From Lama glama (taxonomy: Eukaryota), in assembly GCA_028534125.1 (NCBI GenBank), contig CM052817.1:37822001-37886000 (forward strand): DNA of 64,000 nt, read 5' to 3'. The notes below the pieces were generated by a model, which did no database searches, was not told the origin of the DNA, and was given only the letters and a program-made list of their open reading frames with translations. Both the position numbers and the translations under genes were made by a program. Positions 14,021-27,260 of this stretch are shown piece by piece. The number at the start of each line of letters is the position of its first letter. Within the stretch, counting starts at the first letter, position 1.

Positions 14021-15084
14021 CAGGCCGATGACAAAATCAAAGCTAACATTTTGTATTTTAGAGATGGCCCAGATAAAAGACAGTAATGGTGATGCATAAG
14101 GGGAGCTGTCATGTTTCTCCAATGCTTGTAATATTTAAGTGGACTGTAGGAAGTAGTGACTACTAAATAGTCCATGAAGCCTTGGGATAGAATGATGAAA
14201 GCAATGATGTTTTTTAGATTGTTGGGAAATGAGAGCAAAGAGATGTGAGGATTAAAAATTAATCAAAGAAGATAAACTAGGCCATTTAATCCTTTTCAGT
14301 TATTATGCACTCTAGCCACACATATTTGCTCTTTTGCCCTTCAGCTATGTAGAAGGTACATTATGTCATCTCTAGTCATGGCTTCTCTTTTTAAAAATTA
14401 TTTGTATTCTTGGCACTTCACCCAACTCTTTGTAATGATATTTAATTTTTTTGAAAGTAAGTTTTCTGCATCTTCTACTTATCTTAAATCTATAGAAGCG
14501 AATATTCATTATTTTATCCTCTATCAGAAAATGAGCACAGTTTTGTGGTTTTGAAGTCATGTCTGGATGTTTTTGTTTATTTGTGGTTAATATTTCATCT
14601 TGGATTGACATAAAAGTGTAACAGCTTATTTTTATTTTACTGGATCCCATTTAAATCAGATTCTTCATGAAATGAATAAATGTTTCCTTTTCAACATTAG
14701 GATACTCCATGGAAAAAATGTAAAAATAAAAACCAGGAAGGAAATTGAGTTTATGAATGATTTATCTACCTGCCTATCAGATGCTGAGTGGAAAAGGAGG
14801 GCCTGAAGGGTTAATGAGAGAATAGGTGATAGGTTCTACCCTGGCCTGGGGAAGGCTTGCTCAGACAGCAGGAAGCTGCTGACAGCCACCGTTGCCTGGG
14901 TCACATAGCTCAGGGGCACCACTTGCTGGCTCTGTGGCCTGGAGTAAACACTCAATACCTCCTAAGGGAGCAGTTTATTGGAGGGAGCTTGGACTCTTCC
15001 AGTCTTGTGCCCAAAGGGAAGGAAAATAAAAGAACAAGTTTTCTTAGAAAGGAAGCCTAAAGTATGCCTGAGACTACTTTATTA

Positions 15085-15490
15085 TTTGTATTGACTTTAC
15101 ACTATATGAGTATCTTCTGAACATTTAAAATGTCTTAACTTGGGGGATGGGGAGGGTATAGCTCAAGTGGTAGAATGCATGCTTAACATACACGAGGTCC
15201 TAGGTTCAATCCCCAGTACTTCCTCTGAAAATAAGTAAGTAAATTTAATTACCTCCCCTCCCCCCCAAAATAAATAAATAAAAATTAAAAATTTCTGAAC
15301 TCGATTTAATTCTTATAACAATTTTATGACGTATGTAGTATCATTATCCTTATTTTACTGATGAGAAAACTAAAGCACAGCGAGATTAAGCAGTTTACTC
15401 AAGGTCACACAGTAAGTAAGAACTAGAAGAAGCAGGGATTTGAACCCAGGCAGCCTGTCTCTGGGCTCATACACTTAACACTTTTCTTTG
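15085..15490 (-). mobile_element. MIR SINE split by a Vic-1-type insertion
   Basis: ttttactgatgagaaaactaaagcacag...aaggtcacacag...gggatttgaacccaggcag. Confidence 0.8.
15149..15290 (+). mobile_element. Vic-1-type tRNA-Ala-derived camelid SINE
   Basis: ggggagggtatagctcaagtggtagaatgcatgcttaacatacacgaggtcctaggttcaatccccagtac (Pol III A/B boxes), A-rich tail, imperfect TSD aaaatgtcttaact / aaaatttctgaact. Confidence 0.85.
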
Positions 15491-15714
15491 CTGCTTCTCA
15501 CACGGACCTGAAACTGTGTTTCCCTAACATTAACGAGCGGCAGAATTATCATGACAGGAATTCAGTAAATGACAGGTCACACTCTCAGATGAAATTTATG
15601 CCTGTCTGTTGGTAATGATAATCCAAGGACTTTGTCCTGCTATAGTTGTGACTTATTTTTTTGTATTTTGAGTTATCTTATTAATTTATATAGTTATTTT
15701 TTTGCCTTTTAAAG

Positions 15715-16190
15715 CATTTATTTTAGTGGTAAAATACACATAACATAAAAGTTACCATTTTAACCATTTTAAGGTAAAGTTCTTAAGTATATTCACATTG
15801 CTGTGCAACTAATTTCCAGAACTTTTTCATCTTGTGAAACGGAAACTCTGTTATCTTTTGAACAACTTCCCACTACCCTCTTCCCTAGGTAGTGGCATCC
15901 ACCATTGTACTTTCTATCTCTACCAATGTGGTTAATCTAGGTACTGCATATAAATGGAATCGTATAGTATTTGCCCTTTTGTGACTGGCTTATTTCACTT
16001 AGCATAATATCCTCAAGACTCATCCATGTTGTAGCATGTGTCAGAATTTCCTTCCCGTGCAAGGCTGAAGTGTATTTACACATATATATGTCATATTTTG
16101 TTTATCCGTTAATTGGTTGATGGACATGTGGGTTCTTTCCATCTTTTATCTGTTGTGAATAATGCTACTATGAATATGGGTATACAAATG
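15715..16190 (-). mobile_element. L1MB-like 3' fragment
   Basis: gtggtaaaatacacataacataaaa...gtgactggcttatttcacttagcataat. Confidence 0.8.
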
Positions 16191-16629
16191 AGCTTATTTA
16201 TTTTAAACATTATTCATTTTATTAATTGGATTAGTTTGCCCAAAATTGCTTTTTATTTCTACCTTTTTAACTTTTCTCTTTAAAATTTTTTTCTGTAGTC
16301 CAAATTACATTTGTTACAGAAACTTTTGTATTACTTTTGGTGAATTATTATTATTATTACTATTAATTTACCTGTTTTTAGCCTGTTCCATTAGTTTAAC
16401 TTAGTTTCATATACAAAATAAGCACATTCTACCAGATAAGAGATTTTCACAGTGTTTTTGATGAACATAAGAGTTGTGTGAATATCTGAGTCATAGTTTA
16501 TTTCTTGACTGTATTTTAAATGTATTTTATTTGTTTAACAATAAGAACACTCAAATGTGATCCAAAACAAACTTAACATAACAAACGTCACCAGTATATT
16601 AACATATGCTGTCAAGTTAGCACACTCAT

Positions 16630-16930
16630 TCATAATTCAGTTATTCATCATATGTGTATTGAGCTCCAGTTTTATGCCAGCCACTGTGCTGGTGGTAGGT
16701 GAATTAGCAGTCACGGTCCATAGCCTCAAAAGGTTTTCAGTCCACAGGTGAGACAGATGCTAAAAATAAACAGACACAGAAAATACATAATTGCAAACTG
16801 TGATAAGGTCTAAGGGTAAAGAATAGGGAACAGTTAGTTAGAATAATGAGTGAGACCTTAATTTAGCAAATAGTGGGGCTGGCCAGGGAAAGGCTTTCTG
16901 AGTAGGAGCTAGGGAACACTAGTGTGAAGA
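16630..16930 (-). mobile_element. L2 fragment
   Basis: tattgagctccagttttatgccagccactgtgctgg...ccagggaaaggctttctgag. Confidence 0.6.
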
Positions 16931-16968
16931 ATGAGTGGGGGGGGGGGGTCAATGCCAGGTCAGGTCAA

Positions 16969-17540
16969 TGTAGAGCAGAGTTATGCTGTGTGTCCTGTTT
17001 GCCCCTCCGGGTCCACTCTCTACCTTTCTCCACTCTTCTCTCTGCTCTGTGAGGCTGACCTGAATGGATTATAATAGGCAGTTGAACTTCAGTGGTTCTC
17101 AGCTGGGCAGTGATTTTGATCCCCAGGGGACATTTCTGGTTGTTGCAGAATCTAATGGAATGCAGATAAACACCCTACAATGCACAGGTCAGTCCTGCCC
17201 TCCCTGCATAGAGTTACTGGCCCAAACTGATGTCTGTAGTGCCACAGTAGAGAAACCCAGTGGAGGGAGGAAAGCAGTGTCCGGGATTTTATTTCCTGGC
17301 TCCTTCCCTGTAGAATTATCCTCAGTTGGCTGTATCCCTTGCCTGAAGGTGCCTGTTTCTCACAAAATGGAAGCTCTCCCTGACTGTCTCCTTCTCATTG
17401 AGCCTAGGAGTGCTAAAGCACTATCCTCTGTGGTTCCTTTATACCTACATCTTTGTAAATAATCCCTTTGTAAATATATGCACCTTAAATTATCCTTTTC
17501 AAAAGTGCCATCTATTTCCTGTTGGGACCCTGAGTGATAT
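16969..17540. mobile_element. ERVL-class LTR (LTR33-like) with nested MER20
   Basis: ctttgtaaataatcccttt...ccatctatttcctgttgggaccctgagtgata terminus. Confidence 0.5.
17090..17260. mobile_element. MER20 hAT-Charlie MITE
   Basis: cagtggttctcagctgggcagtgattttgatccccaggggacatt...ctacaatgcacagg...gagaaaccc. Confidence 0.8.
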
Positions 17541-17971
17541 AAGGCTATTCCCAGTAGAAGAGAGAACCTGTGTGAGGATTCCAGGAGGTACAGCCATGGG
17601 AGGGAGGTGCTCCTTTCAGAGACACTGCATAAGGCAGAGAAGAGGGACACAAATACCCTGGTCTCTCCTATTATTCCCCTATGCAGTCTCCTGTAGTGCC
17701 TCCCATTGGCTAAACGCAGTCAGAAGACAGCTAACAGCAGTGTCTGGGAAATGCCAGTTGCAAGAGCCAATGCAAGACAAGTAATGGATCCAAGGGCAAA
17801 TGTACATAGGCTTGCACAGAGGCAGTAGCCCTAGAACAAGAACACCTAGGATGTCACTGCAGTGGCCCACGGGGAGCCTGATGGTGGCTTGCATTAGGAT
17901 GCCAAGATAGGGAGATGGGAGAGACAGAAAGAAGGGAATAAATCTTCTCCCGCTATCTTTGGATATGCAGT

Positions 17972-18044
17972 TCAGGGAACACAAACTTAAATGCTGCAGG
18001 GCCCAGGTGGGTATTGAATGGAAGATGGTCTGTGTGTGTGTGTA

Positions 18045-18076
<32 letters not shown>

Positions 18077-18285
18077 TGTGTGTGTGTGTAAGGCCATCTG
18101 GAAGAGCAAACCATCTAAAGTAGTCACAGGTAGGAATATGGCCCCAGTATTGCCAGACCCTCAGAGATTTTTTAAAAGGAACCAGAAATCTAGATTTTTA
18201 AGTAAAATCTTTCAATTTTTAATCAACGGCAATTAATTAAAAAACATATGCTATGAACTAAGTTGGATTTGACTGCTGCCTCTAG
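17972..18285. mobile_element. hAT element (MER103-like) containing (TG)n
   Basis: cagggaacacaaacttaaatgc...ttgccagaccctcagagattttt...gaaatctagattttt. Confidence 0.4.
18031..18088 (+). repeat. (TG)n microsatellite
   Basis: Directly visible. Confidence 0.95.
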
Positions 18286-19754
18286 AGTCCAGAATGATGA
18301 GTCCAACTGACATAAACTAATTGTAAATGAGACATAGGATAAAGTTTCTAGCTCTGCTTTGATCTCTATTTTTAAAACTCAGGGTCTATCAGTCAGTTCT
18401 AGTAAAGAAAATGTATTCTCCAACAAAATATATATATATAGAACCAAATTTTGTGCTGGTAATGACAGGTCTGCATCTGCCATCCGTAAGTCAGGATTGA
18501 AATGTCTGGTTTATCAAGAAAGCCACACTGTGCTCATTGGTCACTTCTACTGTAAACAAATGGTACAAATTTAAATCTGCATCATGTATTTATAATGACT
18601 TAAACATTACTTTACAGATTTTATACACTGGGCTCTGTGTGAGATTTTGCTGAGGAAAAGAAAAAAGGATTTCATTTAGAAAAACTGAAAATAAGTAGGC
18701 TAGATAAATGCACTGAGTTTGTGCTTGGAAAACTGATAACCAGAAGGCCTGATGCTCAGGACTAGAATGGTTAGAAAACCAGTTTGTCAGTGGCAGTCCT
18801 TACCTACGGTTGGTCTGTTCTCTCTGTCAAAGCTGGGGCCAACACATAGACTCCAAGCAAAGTCAACAGATAATTGTGACATGGTGTCTCCAAGCTGTGT
18901 TGATGCCGGGGAAATCAGACCCACGTAGAGGAGTGGCAGTCGTTAAACCGGAGTCTAAGCCAGCAGAGTGCTAGCCATGTATCACACCACATTCCAGTAG
19001 AAAATGAAAAGAAACCAGACAACAACCACCCCAAAGCGCCCATGCCCAGCAAATCAAATAGTTTTCATGTTGTTGTGTTCCTTTCTAGGTGGTATTCACA
19101 TGCAAAATAATTTTTACAATATGATAATGCTGGTAGTAGAGTTGTGATACGTGTCCTTAGAGATCTGGGTTCCATCCCTTTCAGACTTCAAGGTAGTAAT
19201 AGGGTCATTAGGCTGGATCTTGGGAGAATTCTTTTGGCAGGAAACTTCTTTCGGCTCTAGGATGAACTTCCAGTTCCTTAAAATGGGAAATAAGCTGTCT
19301 GTCCCCTGCTTTTCCATCAAACCTCAACTCTCACCACACAAGCGTTGTGCTCTTGTGCCCCTGAGTGCTTGTGTTCCACCCGTGCTTAATTAACTGCTTT
19401 TCATTGTCTGAACCCACCAGACTATCCTGTGCTACTCTGGGCAACTTTATGTTTCCTTTTTTTAAAATGGAAGTTCTTTTAAGCCTACAGTCACCTGTTA
19501 CTTATTCCATGAAGCCTTTCCTACCCGTCAGGTAGAACTGACTTTTCTCTTTTGTAATTCATGGAACATGCTTAAATGCTCTGCCCCAGGCTTCTTAAGG
19601 GCTGGGTCCATGACAGATTTATACTTGTCCCTCCTGTGCCTATTCCAGTCCCAGGTACAAAAGAAGTGCCAAATAGATGTTTAGTGGCTGAATGATATCT
19701 TCTTTTTATAGAATTTTTAAGGATGTCAGACCAAATATGGAAGATTGTTGCACT

Positions 19755-20370
19755 CAGTCATTTACCAAATATTTATCTAGTGTACCTACCGTGTGTCAGG
19801 CGTTGTTCTGGGTGCTGAGGATACACCAGTAAACAAAACATTGCCTCAACCTCATATATTTTAGAAGAGAAGACAGACAATGAACACAAACATTTAATAT
19901 GTCAGAAAGGGTAACTGCTGTGAAGAAAAACACAGCCACCGAATGAGGGATAGAGGTGATGTGGGGCACTGTTTTAGACAGGCTTGTCAGAAAGTCCTCT
20001 CTAGAAGACCTCTCCATGAGTTCTAAATGAATTGAGATGCAAATAATGCACACATTAAGGAATAAAGTTTAGAGAGGAGGAGAAGCAAGTGCAAAAGCCT
20101 CGAGGGGGAAGCAGTCTTGACTTTTTGGAGAAACAGCAAAGAGACCACTGGTGGCTGGTGGAGAAAGCAGTGGAGGAGAGAAAGTGGAGGATAAAGTCAA
20201 CGGGGGAGCCAGGAGCGGAGGCTGGTAGGCCGTGAGAAGGAATTTGCATTTCATTCTCCATGTGGTGGAAGCTGTTGTGTGTTTCGCAGAATGAGAGGCA
20301 TGGTATAATTGATCACTGTGTTGCTCTGGGGAGAGCAGACTGTATGGGAGCAGGAAGACAAGCTGGAGGA
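19755..20370 (-). mobile_element. L2 fragment
   Basis: aaatatttatctagtgtacctaccgtgtgtcaggcgttgttctgggtgctgaggatacacc; aagcaagtgcaaaagcc. Confidence 0.75.
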
Positions 20371-20823
20371 TTGCTTAGTTTTGGGAGGTGTGTTAGCAAA
20401 ATGCCACCAACTGGTAGACAATAGAAGTGTATTGTCTCACAGTTCTGGAGGCTTGAAGTCCAAACTCGAGGTGCTGGGTGCTGGCAGGATGGATTCCTTC
20501 TGAGGGCTATGAGGAAAGAATCTGTTCCAGGCCTCTCTCCTTGGCTTGTAGGAAGCCATCTTTTCCCTGGGCCATTTCATCTTCTTCCTTCAATGCATGT
20601 CTGTGCACAAATTTCCCCTTTCTAAAGGACATCTTGTCCTTAATTGACTAAGGACCCACCCTGTATTGGATTCAGGGCTCGCTTTACTCCTGTATGACCT
20701 CATCTTAACTAATTACATCTGCAGATCATGTGGACTGTATTTCCAAATAAGGTCACATTCTAAGGTACTGGGGAGTTAGGACTTCAACACCTCTTTTTGA
20801 GGGGGCACAATTCAATTCATGAC
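20371..20823 (-). mobile_element. MaLR LTR (MLT1B/C-like)
   Basis: tattgtctcacagttctggaggcttgaagtcc...tatttccaaataaggtcacattctaaggtactggggagttaggacttcaac. Confidence 0.85.
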
Positions 20824-23055
20824 AGAAACTTTAAAAATTAGCATATGGTTTATTTTATACTTTATTATTTTATTGATTTGCTATTTTATTATTATTCATT
20901 CATTTGACAAAGACTCATTGAATGTTTACCAGGAATTCTTCTAGGTATGGTGGATGTAACCATAAATAGACAGAAAACCTTTCTGCCCCTCATGAAACTC
21001 ACACTCTGAGGTACGCATTCCCTTCTCCTCTCAGTAAGATTTTAGGATCATCTAACCCTTCACACTCTGGCCCTCTCTCACCAAGTCCTGCAGTTCAGTT
21101 GCTGATCCTGACATCAAAGACACCTTGGGAGGCTCTGCTGATGGCTGTAGCTGATCGTTGTTCTTATTGTTAGGGTAACTTCTCCACAGGACTTGGCAGA
21201 ATCACCTTTCATTCTTTAGAAATCTGAGTCTTCTGGGCCATCGAGTGATAGGGCTCTACTGGAAGCTGTTGCAGCTGTGACCATCTGTCTTCAGAGATCC
21301 CTGCAAGGGTGGCCTTAAATCAAGGAGAGTCTGGATGGCCCTCACCATCGGACTGCTAGCACTAACCTGATGAGAAGACAGTCCTTAAGAAGTGGAGAGG
21401 CTTCATCTGAGACCTCCTCCATCTCTGTAAGACGGCTACTTCACAGGGAATGAATGGCTGCTGTAGAATGCTGCTGAGTCCAAGGGCTTTAAGTTATTCA
21501 TGCCATTTTGGACACTCAGCCTTGGAAATGGGTGCCTCTTTTAAAGCCATCATGTATCTCAGTGCCTTTGATGGTCTCCTCTGGAGTAGACCTCCTCCAC
21601 CCTCAAAGGGTCAGAAGGAATCTGATTGAAAATTTTCCCCACAGGAAGTTTGTCTCCTGTGGTTGCAAGGTTTAGAATGGAATAATCTTCACTCTGGTGG
21701 TTCAGTTTAGGAATGGATTTTGTTGAATTTAAAATATTTTCTCTATTTTCAAAAGACATGGCAGAATGTGTTCTGCAGTATTTTTGGTTGAGAGATTCTG
21801 AATTAGCCTTGGGAAAGTGAATGGTTGGCTCTTAGAATACCAAATGCTAGGAACTTTAGACAACTATATTTAAAAAGATATAATTTAAGACCTTAAATAA
21901 ATATGATTTCCTTTTTTTTTTAACCAAGCACTATGTTAGCTGTTAGGGATGATGGGATGTTTGAGACATGGTCTCAACAAGCACTCAGTCTAGTTGACAA
22001 TGTAAGTAATCGTAGCAGTCGACTTACACATGCACTTTAGATAAAAAATTTTGAACTGTCTGTAATTCACAATTTCTTTCTCATGAAGTCTGAATACAGT
22101 GAATTGGAGTCCTCCTATTTCAGGAAAATTTGTATTGGGATTTACAGTGTTTACTTAACTTTAAGCCTTAGTTTCATGATGCCTGTATTTCCATCTGGAA
22201 AAATCAGGATACTAGTGTGTTATTCACTTTGCTAAAATAATAACTTATTTAGGTTGCTATGTGTGAATATTGTGAGTTTTTTAAGTATTATGGAATACAT
22301 TTTGACTAGATTTTGAGTTGGGAGTAAAAAAATACATTAGTACTATTCGACTAGACCCAAAGATAAGTCTCGAGACTATCTGAGAAGAAAAAGAAGGGAA
22401 TGATTTCCTTTATTTTGTAATATTTTTCTTTATTTTGAATGATTACTGGAGTTTGAATTGGCAGGTCTCAATTATTCTTACCAACTGAGTGTGAATTATA
22501 TTTCATTAGTAGAATGGGATGATGCCTAGAATAGAAGAATAAGGGTGAAAGGCCGCAGCACGGTGCTTGGCACATTGTAGATGCTGTTTTGAGTTAAACT
22601 GTTGTGGAACTGAGGGCATTAATTTGTACTTATATCCACTGTATTAGAATGACAGTAAGTTCACAGAGTCCATCACAGAAAATTGTGTGAGGTTCACACA
22701 GAAGATAAGGGGATACTTAACATTATGGATTGAGAGAGTGTCTTCTACCAGACCGTTACATTTCCTGCAAATTGAACCTGGTTTCCACTGAATTTTTATG
22801 TTTTGTAAGTTGAACTTCACTTCTAATTTGTCTATCCCAAATTCATCACTAGACGTTGTTGCAGTCTTTTGGTGTTACTTGTGATAGTGAATAATCTGGC
22901 CCATTTCTGTGTTTGAAGTTCCTCGTTGTGTTATATATTTATCTTCAGTCAGTGGTCTCTTCGTTACTCTAGGCTAGTTCCATCTCTACAGTCCTAGGAA
23001 TTTCCCACAGAATACATTACTGACTGTGCTCTCAGTGTGAGTGTGTGTGTGTGTG

Positions 23056-23870
23056 TGTAAAGGAAAACACGTCTGTTTTCCTCTACTCACACTCACAACA
23101 CTTTGTTGTGAGTTACTGGTGTAGCTCTGTGTGGCATTGGTATCACTTCTGATGATGTGTGGGTTTTTCCGTCACACAAGCAATTCTCTGACACCAGCCT
23201 GCAGTTCAGTTTGATTCTGACACGAACCGGAATTAGTGCAGAGCCCACTGAGGAGGGCTCAGTCCCACAAGACTGGCCCGCACTTCAGATACCAGTTGCT
23301 AGTAGTAGGTTCCCCAGGTTCCCCACGACTTCTGTCCAACTTGGCTACAAGTCAGAGGTTCCTATGACCCTCTCCTTGGATTCAGTCATTTGCTAGAATA
23401 GCTCACAGAAGTCGGAGAAACACTTGTTTACCAGTAAATGGACGCTCTCTGAATGCCATACTTTGGGTGTTTTTATGGAGGCCTCTTCACAGAGGCATGA
23501 TTGCTCATTAACTTAATCTCCAGCCCCTCTTCCTTTCCCAGAGTATGGAGGATGGGGCGGAAAGTTCCAAGCTTCTGATTATGGCTTGATCTTTCTGGTG
23601 ACCAGCCCCTCTCTCAAAACTATCCAGGAGCCCACTGAGAGTTTCCTCATTAGAACAAAAGATGCTCTCTCCTGACACTCAGGGATTCCAGGGGATTTAG
23701 GAGCTCGGTGTCAGGAACCAAGACCAAAGACCACATATTAGAACCAAAGATGCTCCTACTACTCTTACCACATAGGAAATGACAAGACTTTTAGGAGCTC
23801 TGTGCCAGGTACAGGGTGGGGAACAGGGAGAGAGGCAGACAACAAAATGTATATTTTCTATTATTTCACA
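23056..23870 (-). mobile_element. MER21-type LTR, near full length
   Basis: cagcccctctt..., cattagaacaaaagatgctc, ttttaggagctctgtgccagg, ends tattttctattatttcaca. Confidence 0.8.
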
Positions 23871-24559
23871 GTGTGCATTTCTAAGTCTTTCTGAGTCACC
23901 CCAACTAAGAATAATCTGTTTTACCCCAAACTTTGATTGCGTTATTCCCACTGCTCTACTGATTTAGCAATTAAAAAAGCACCTCTCTTTATGATTATTC
24001 AAATCCCGGTCTAGTAAAACATTGAGCTCCTTAAAAAAGCGGAAGCAATATCTGAACACTTTTGTCTGTACCATGTATAATAGATACTCAATGGGTGTTT
24101 ACTGACTGGATGAATTCTTGTTTGTATTTGTGTGTGTGTATACATGCATTCATAACACCATTGCATTTCATTTCTGTAAATCATGTCTTCAATGAAAGTA
24201 TACAGCTGTGTTTGAAAGACTGCTACTAGTGTTTTTTCCACACTGCATATGGGAAGGGGGTTTTCAGTTTAGGAACTGTAGTTATTTGAAGGAATTGAAA
24301 TTTTATTTCTTGAATTCACACTTGTCCTAAAACCTTTGCTGGAAAAGAGCAGTCACATTCCTTGCAGGGGAACACCAGGGATTCCGTTAGCCTCTGCTGT
24401 TTCTCAGCAGTTGACAGCCATATCATGTTTTTAAAAAGCTATGTTACATTACATCCTTGAAAGGCTTCTTCTTCTTTTTAAAGAATTAATTTTTAATTAA
24501 AAAAATTCTATAGTGCTTTGAAATTTTCAAAAGTTTTGCACACTATTTCATATAATCCC

Positions 24560-25245
24560 ACAATAACCCCTTTTTTTATCCTCTGCCCCTATATTGCCCC
24601 TCCCCCCTCCCTCTCCCCACTGGTAACCACTAGTTTGTTTTCTATGTCTATGAGTCTGCTTCCTTTTTGTGGGTTCTTTAGATTCTACATATAAGTGATA
24701 TCATTACAGTTTTTGTCTTTCTCTGACTTATTTCACTTAGCATAACGCCCTCCAAGTCCATCCATGTTGCTGCAAATGCCAAAATTTTCATTCTTTTTTA
24801 TGGCTGAGTAGCATTCCATTACATATATGCCACATCTTCTGTATCCATCTGTTGATGGACACTTCTATACCTTGGCAATTGTAAATAGCATTGCTGTGAG
24901 CATTGGGGTGCATGTATCTTTTTGAATTAGTGGGGTTTTTTTTGGATATATGCCTAGGAATGGAATTGCTGGGTCGTAATGTAGTTATATTTTTAGTTTT
25001 ATGAGAAGTCTCCATACTGTTTCCTACAGTGGCTGTACCGGTTTACGTTTCCACCAACAGTATAGGAGGGTTCCCTTTTCTCCACATCCTTGCCAAAATT
25101 TGTTCTTTGTGTTCTTTTTGACGATAGCCAATCTGACAGGTGTGAGGTGAGATCTTATAGTGGTTTTGACTTGCTTTTCCCTGATGATTAGCGATGTTGA
25201 ACATCTTTTTATTGGACATCTTCATTTCCTCTTTGCAAAATTGTC
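24560..25245 (-). mobile_element. L1 fragment (ORF2 C-terminus plus partial 3' UTR)
   Basis: ORFs 24788-25015 and 25043-25453 contain frameshifted L1 ORF2 C-terminal sequence (e.g. MWRKGNP). Confidence 0.85.
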
Positions 25246-25484
25246 TTTTCAGTTTGAAGGGCTCCTTCTGCTTTCCTATCTGGGGGCTTCTCTGCTTCTG
25301 CTCACAGGATGTATTGCCCTGACCGCCAGTTCTCCATAGGCACCACGCAAGGCAGAAAGAACAGCAGGGTGTCATCGGTGCTCCCACTCTGAGTGTGTGC
25401 AGAGACCTTCCTATTGGAGGGGTGCTGCTTTTATAATTTAAGCTCATTAGCATTTCCCCCCCCTTTGCCTCTCAGAGTAGGAAC

Positions 25485-25690
25485 TTCAGTCAGATATGCA
25501 TGAATTTGAATCCTGATGCATCTAACTTTTAGCTGTATGATCCTGGACAAATGACTTTAAGTCCTAGTTTTTCTGTCTATAAAGTAGGGATAATAATTTT
25601 ACCTGCCTAATGGGTTAGTAATGAGGACTATAGTCATGTAGCATGGGCCCAAGCACATAGTGGGTGGTCAATAAATGTTAGTGAGATAAT
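25485..25690 (+). mobile_element. MIR SINE
   Basis: tttgaatcctg...agctgtatgatcctggacaa...tctgtctataaagtagggataataat. Confidence 0.7.
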
Positions 25691-25709
25691 AATCAAGAAA
25701 TGCTGTTGT

Positions 25710-25799
25710 GGGGGTGAGTATAGCTCATTGGTAGAGCACATGCTTAGCATGCGCAAGGTCCTGGGTTCATTCCTCAGTACCTCCATGGGAAAAAAAAAG
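25710..25799 (+). mobile_element. Vic-1-type tRNA-Ala-derived SINE
   Basis: ggggtgagtatagctcattggtagagcacatgcttagcatgcgcaaggtcctgggttcattcctcagtacctcca plus poly-A. Confidence 0.85.
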
Positions 25800-27158
25800 A
25801 TGTTGTGAAATTGGAGCTCATATCTGTAAATCTAGCCTAGTGCCTGGGACAGAGTATGTTCTCAAAAGATAGTAGTTAAAATAATATTAAATATGTTTGT
25901 GATGATATTGGTGATAACAATGATAAAAATGATAGCAACTATGACTTTATTATTGTCAAGTAATATTTATTAAATAACCCAAAAGCCAGAACTGATTTCA
26001 GCAGTGGATCCTGCTTTGTCTGCCTTACATTTTCATTTATGATATAGATATTTAGTTTGCATCTTTGGCCCCATAAGACAATCTGGTTGAAGGTTTTCCA
26101 TTTTCCCCACTACTTTCCTACTCCCTTCAACCAGGGAAGTATTATCTCTTTACTCTCATCCAAACATGATGTGATTTTCTTCACTTTAGGGCCATTCTCC
26201 TTAAATTCCTGACTGTCCAAATCATCTTAAGACTCTCTTCCATTTTGTTACAGAAGTATAGTTATCATGTAATGTAGACCCTGCATTTTATAAATGAAGA
26301 AACTGAAATCTAGACATCAACTGCCTGCCCAATGTCTCCTGAGTAGTTAGTCATAGTGGAATTAGAACTGAGGTCTCCATTTTTATTGGACCGTGCTGCT
26401 TCTCAGTATATACAGGATTTGACATCCATGTTTTCAGCATGGATGCCCATGTTAAGGTCTTCCCTCTCCAAACTAGAAACTTCATTATTTAATCCTATGT
26501 TTAAGGATTTATTACAGATTTTTTTTTCTCTAGTGGGCCAATCTTGACTCTGCAATAAAACCATGGGCTTTTTCTTTAAAGAGTACCATGTCACACTTCT
26601 TTTCCAAATCTTCAGCACAGTGTTTTGTACTTATATGCTACTCCATGGTTTGCTAATTAAATTGATTTTAATTAAATTATAGGAATGTCATCTAGTTCCA
26701 GCAGCTGTACTATTTTTGGCTTAGTTTTCTTGATTGTGTTCTCTGTTTCTTGTGAAAGAGTATATCTCTGCATCTCTGCCGACCAAGTAGCTGAATTTTC
26801 TCTGGGAAATTTCCAGTTAGAATTGCTGATGTCCTGAATAGTTTCTCAGTGTAGACTTGCAGGTAGCTTCAAATTTCTTCACGTTTATTATTAGTTCCAT
26901 AGTGCTGCTTCAACACTGCCAAGCAGCATGTGATCAACTGCACCTTCTCTTATGTGTACACTTTAAGAACATTATTAAGCAATACAAGGTGAATGCTTCT
27001 GGGGCACTGGACTATGTTCATAGCTTACAAAGTTATGCCAGGAAATTTAAATTTCAGTGTGGTTACTTCTTTCTTACTGCCAATAGATTCAGTTGACTAT
27101 TCAATATTTATTGACTATCATGTATTAAGTGTTGTACCAGGCACTGTCATATACATTA

Positions 27159-27260
27159 AAAAAATTTTTTTGTTGAAGTACTGTCAGTTGCAGTGTGTCA
27201 ATTTCTGGTGTACAGCAGAATGTCTCAGTCATGCATATACATACATATATTTGTTTTCAT
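27159..27260 (-). mobile_element. ~100 bp L1 3' tail inserted in a MIR
   Basis: Perfect 14-bp TSD tgtcatatacatta at 27145-27158 and 27261-27274. Confidence 0.85.

Noticed and set aside
6476..23870. Two same-orientation MER21 LTRs as the ends of one provirus
   Set aside because: They are clearly diverged from each other, 16 kb apart, and the interval has no recognisable gag/pol/env; they are independent solo LTRs.
25710..25785. Functional tRNA-Ala gene
   Set aside because: Mutated T-loop and stems, a poly-A tail and multiple diverged copies indicate a SINE.
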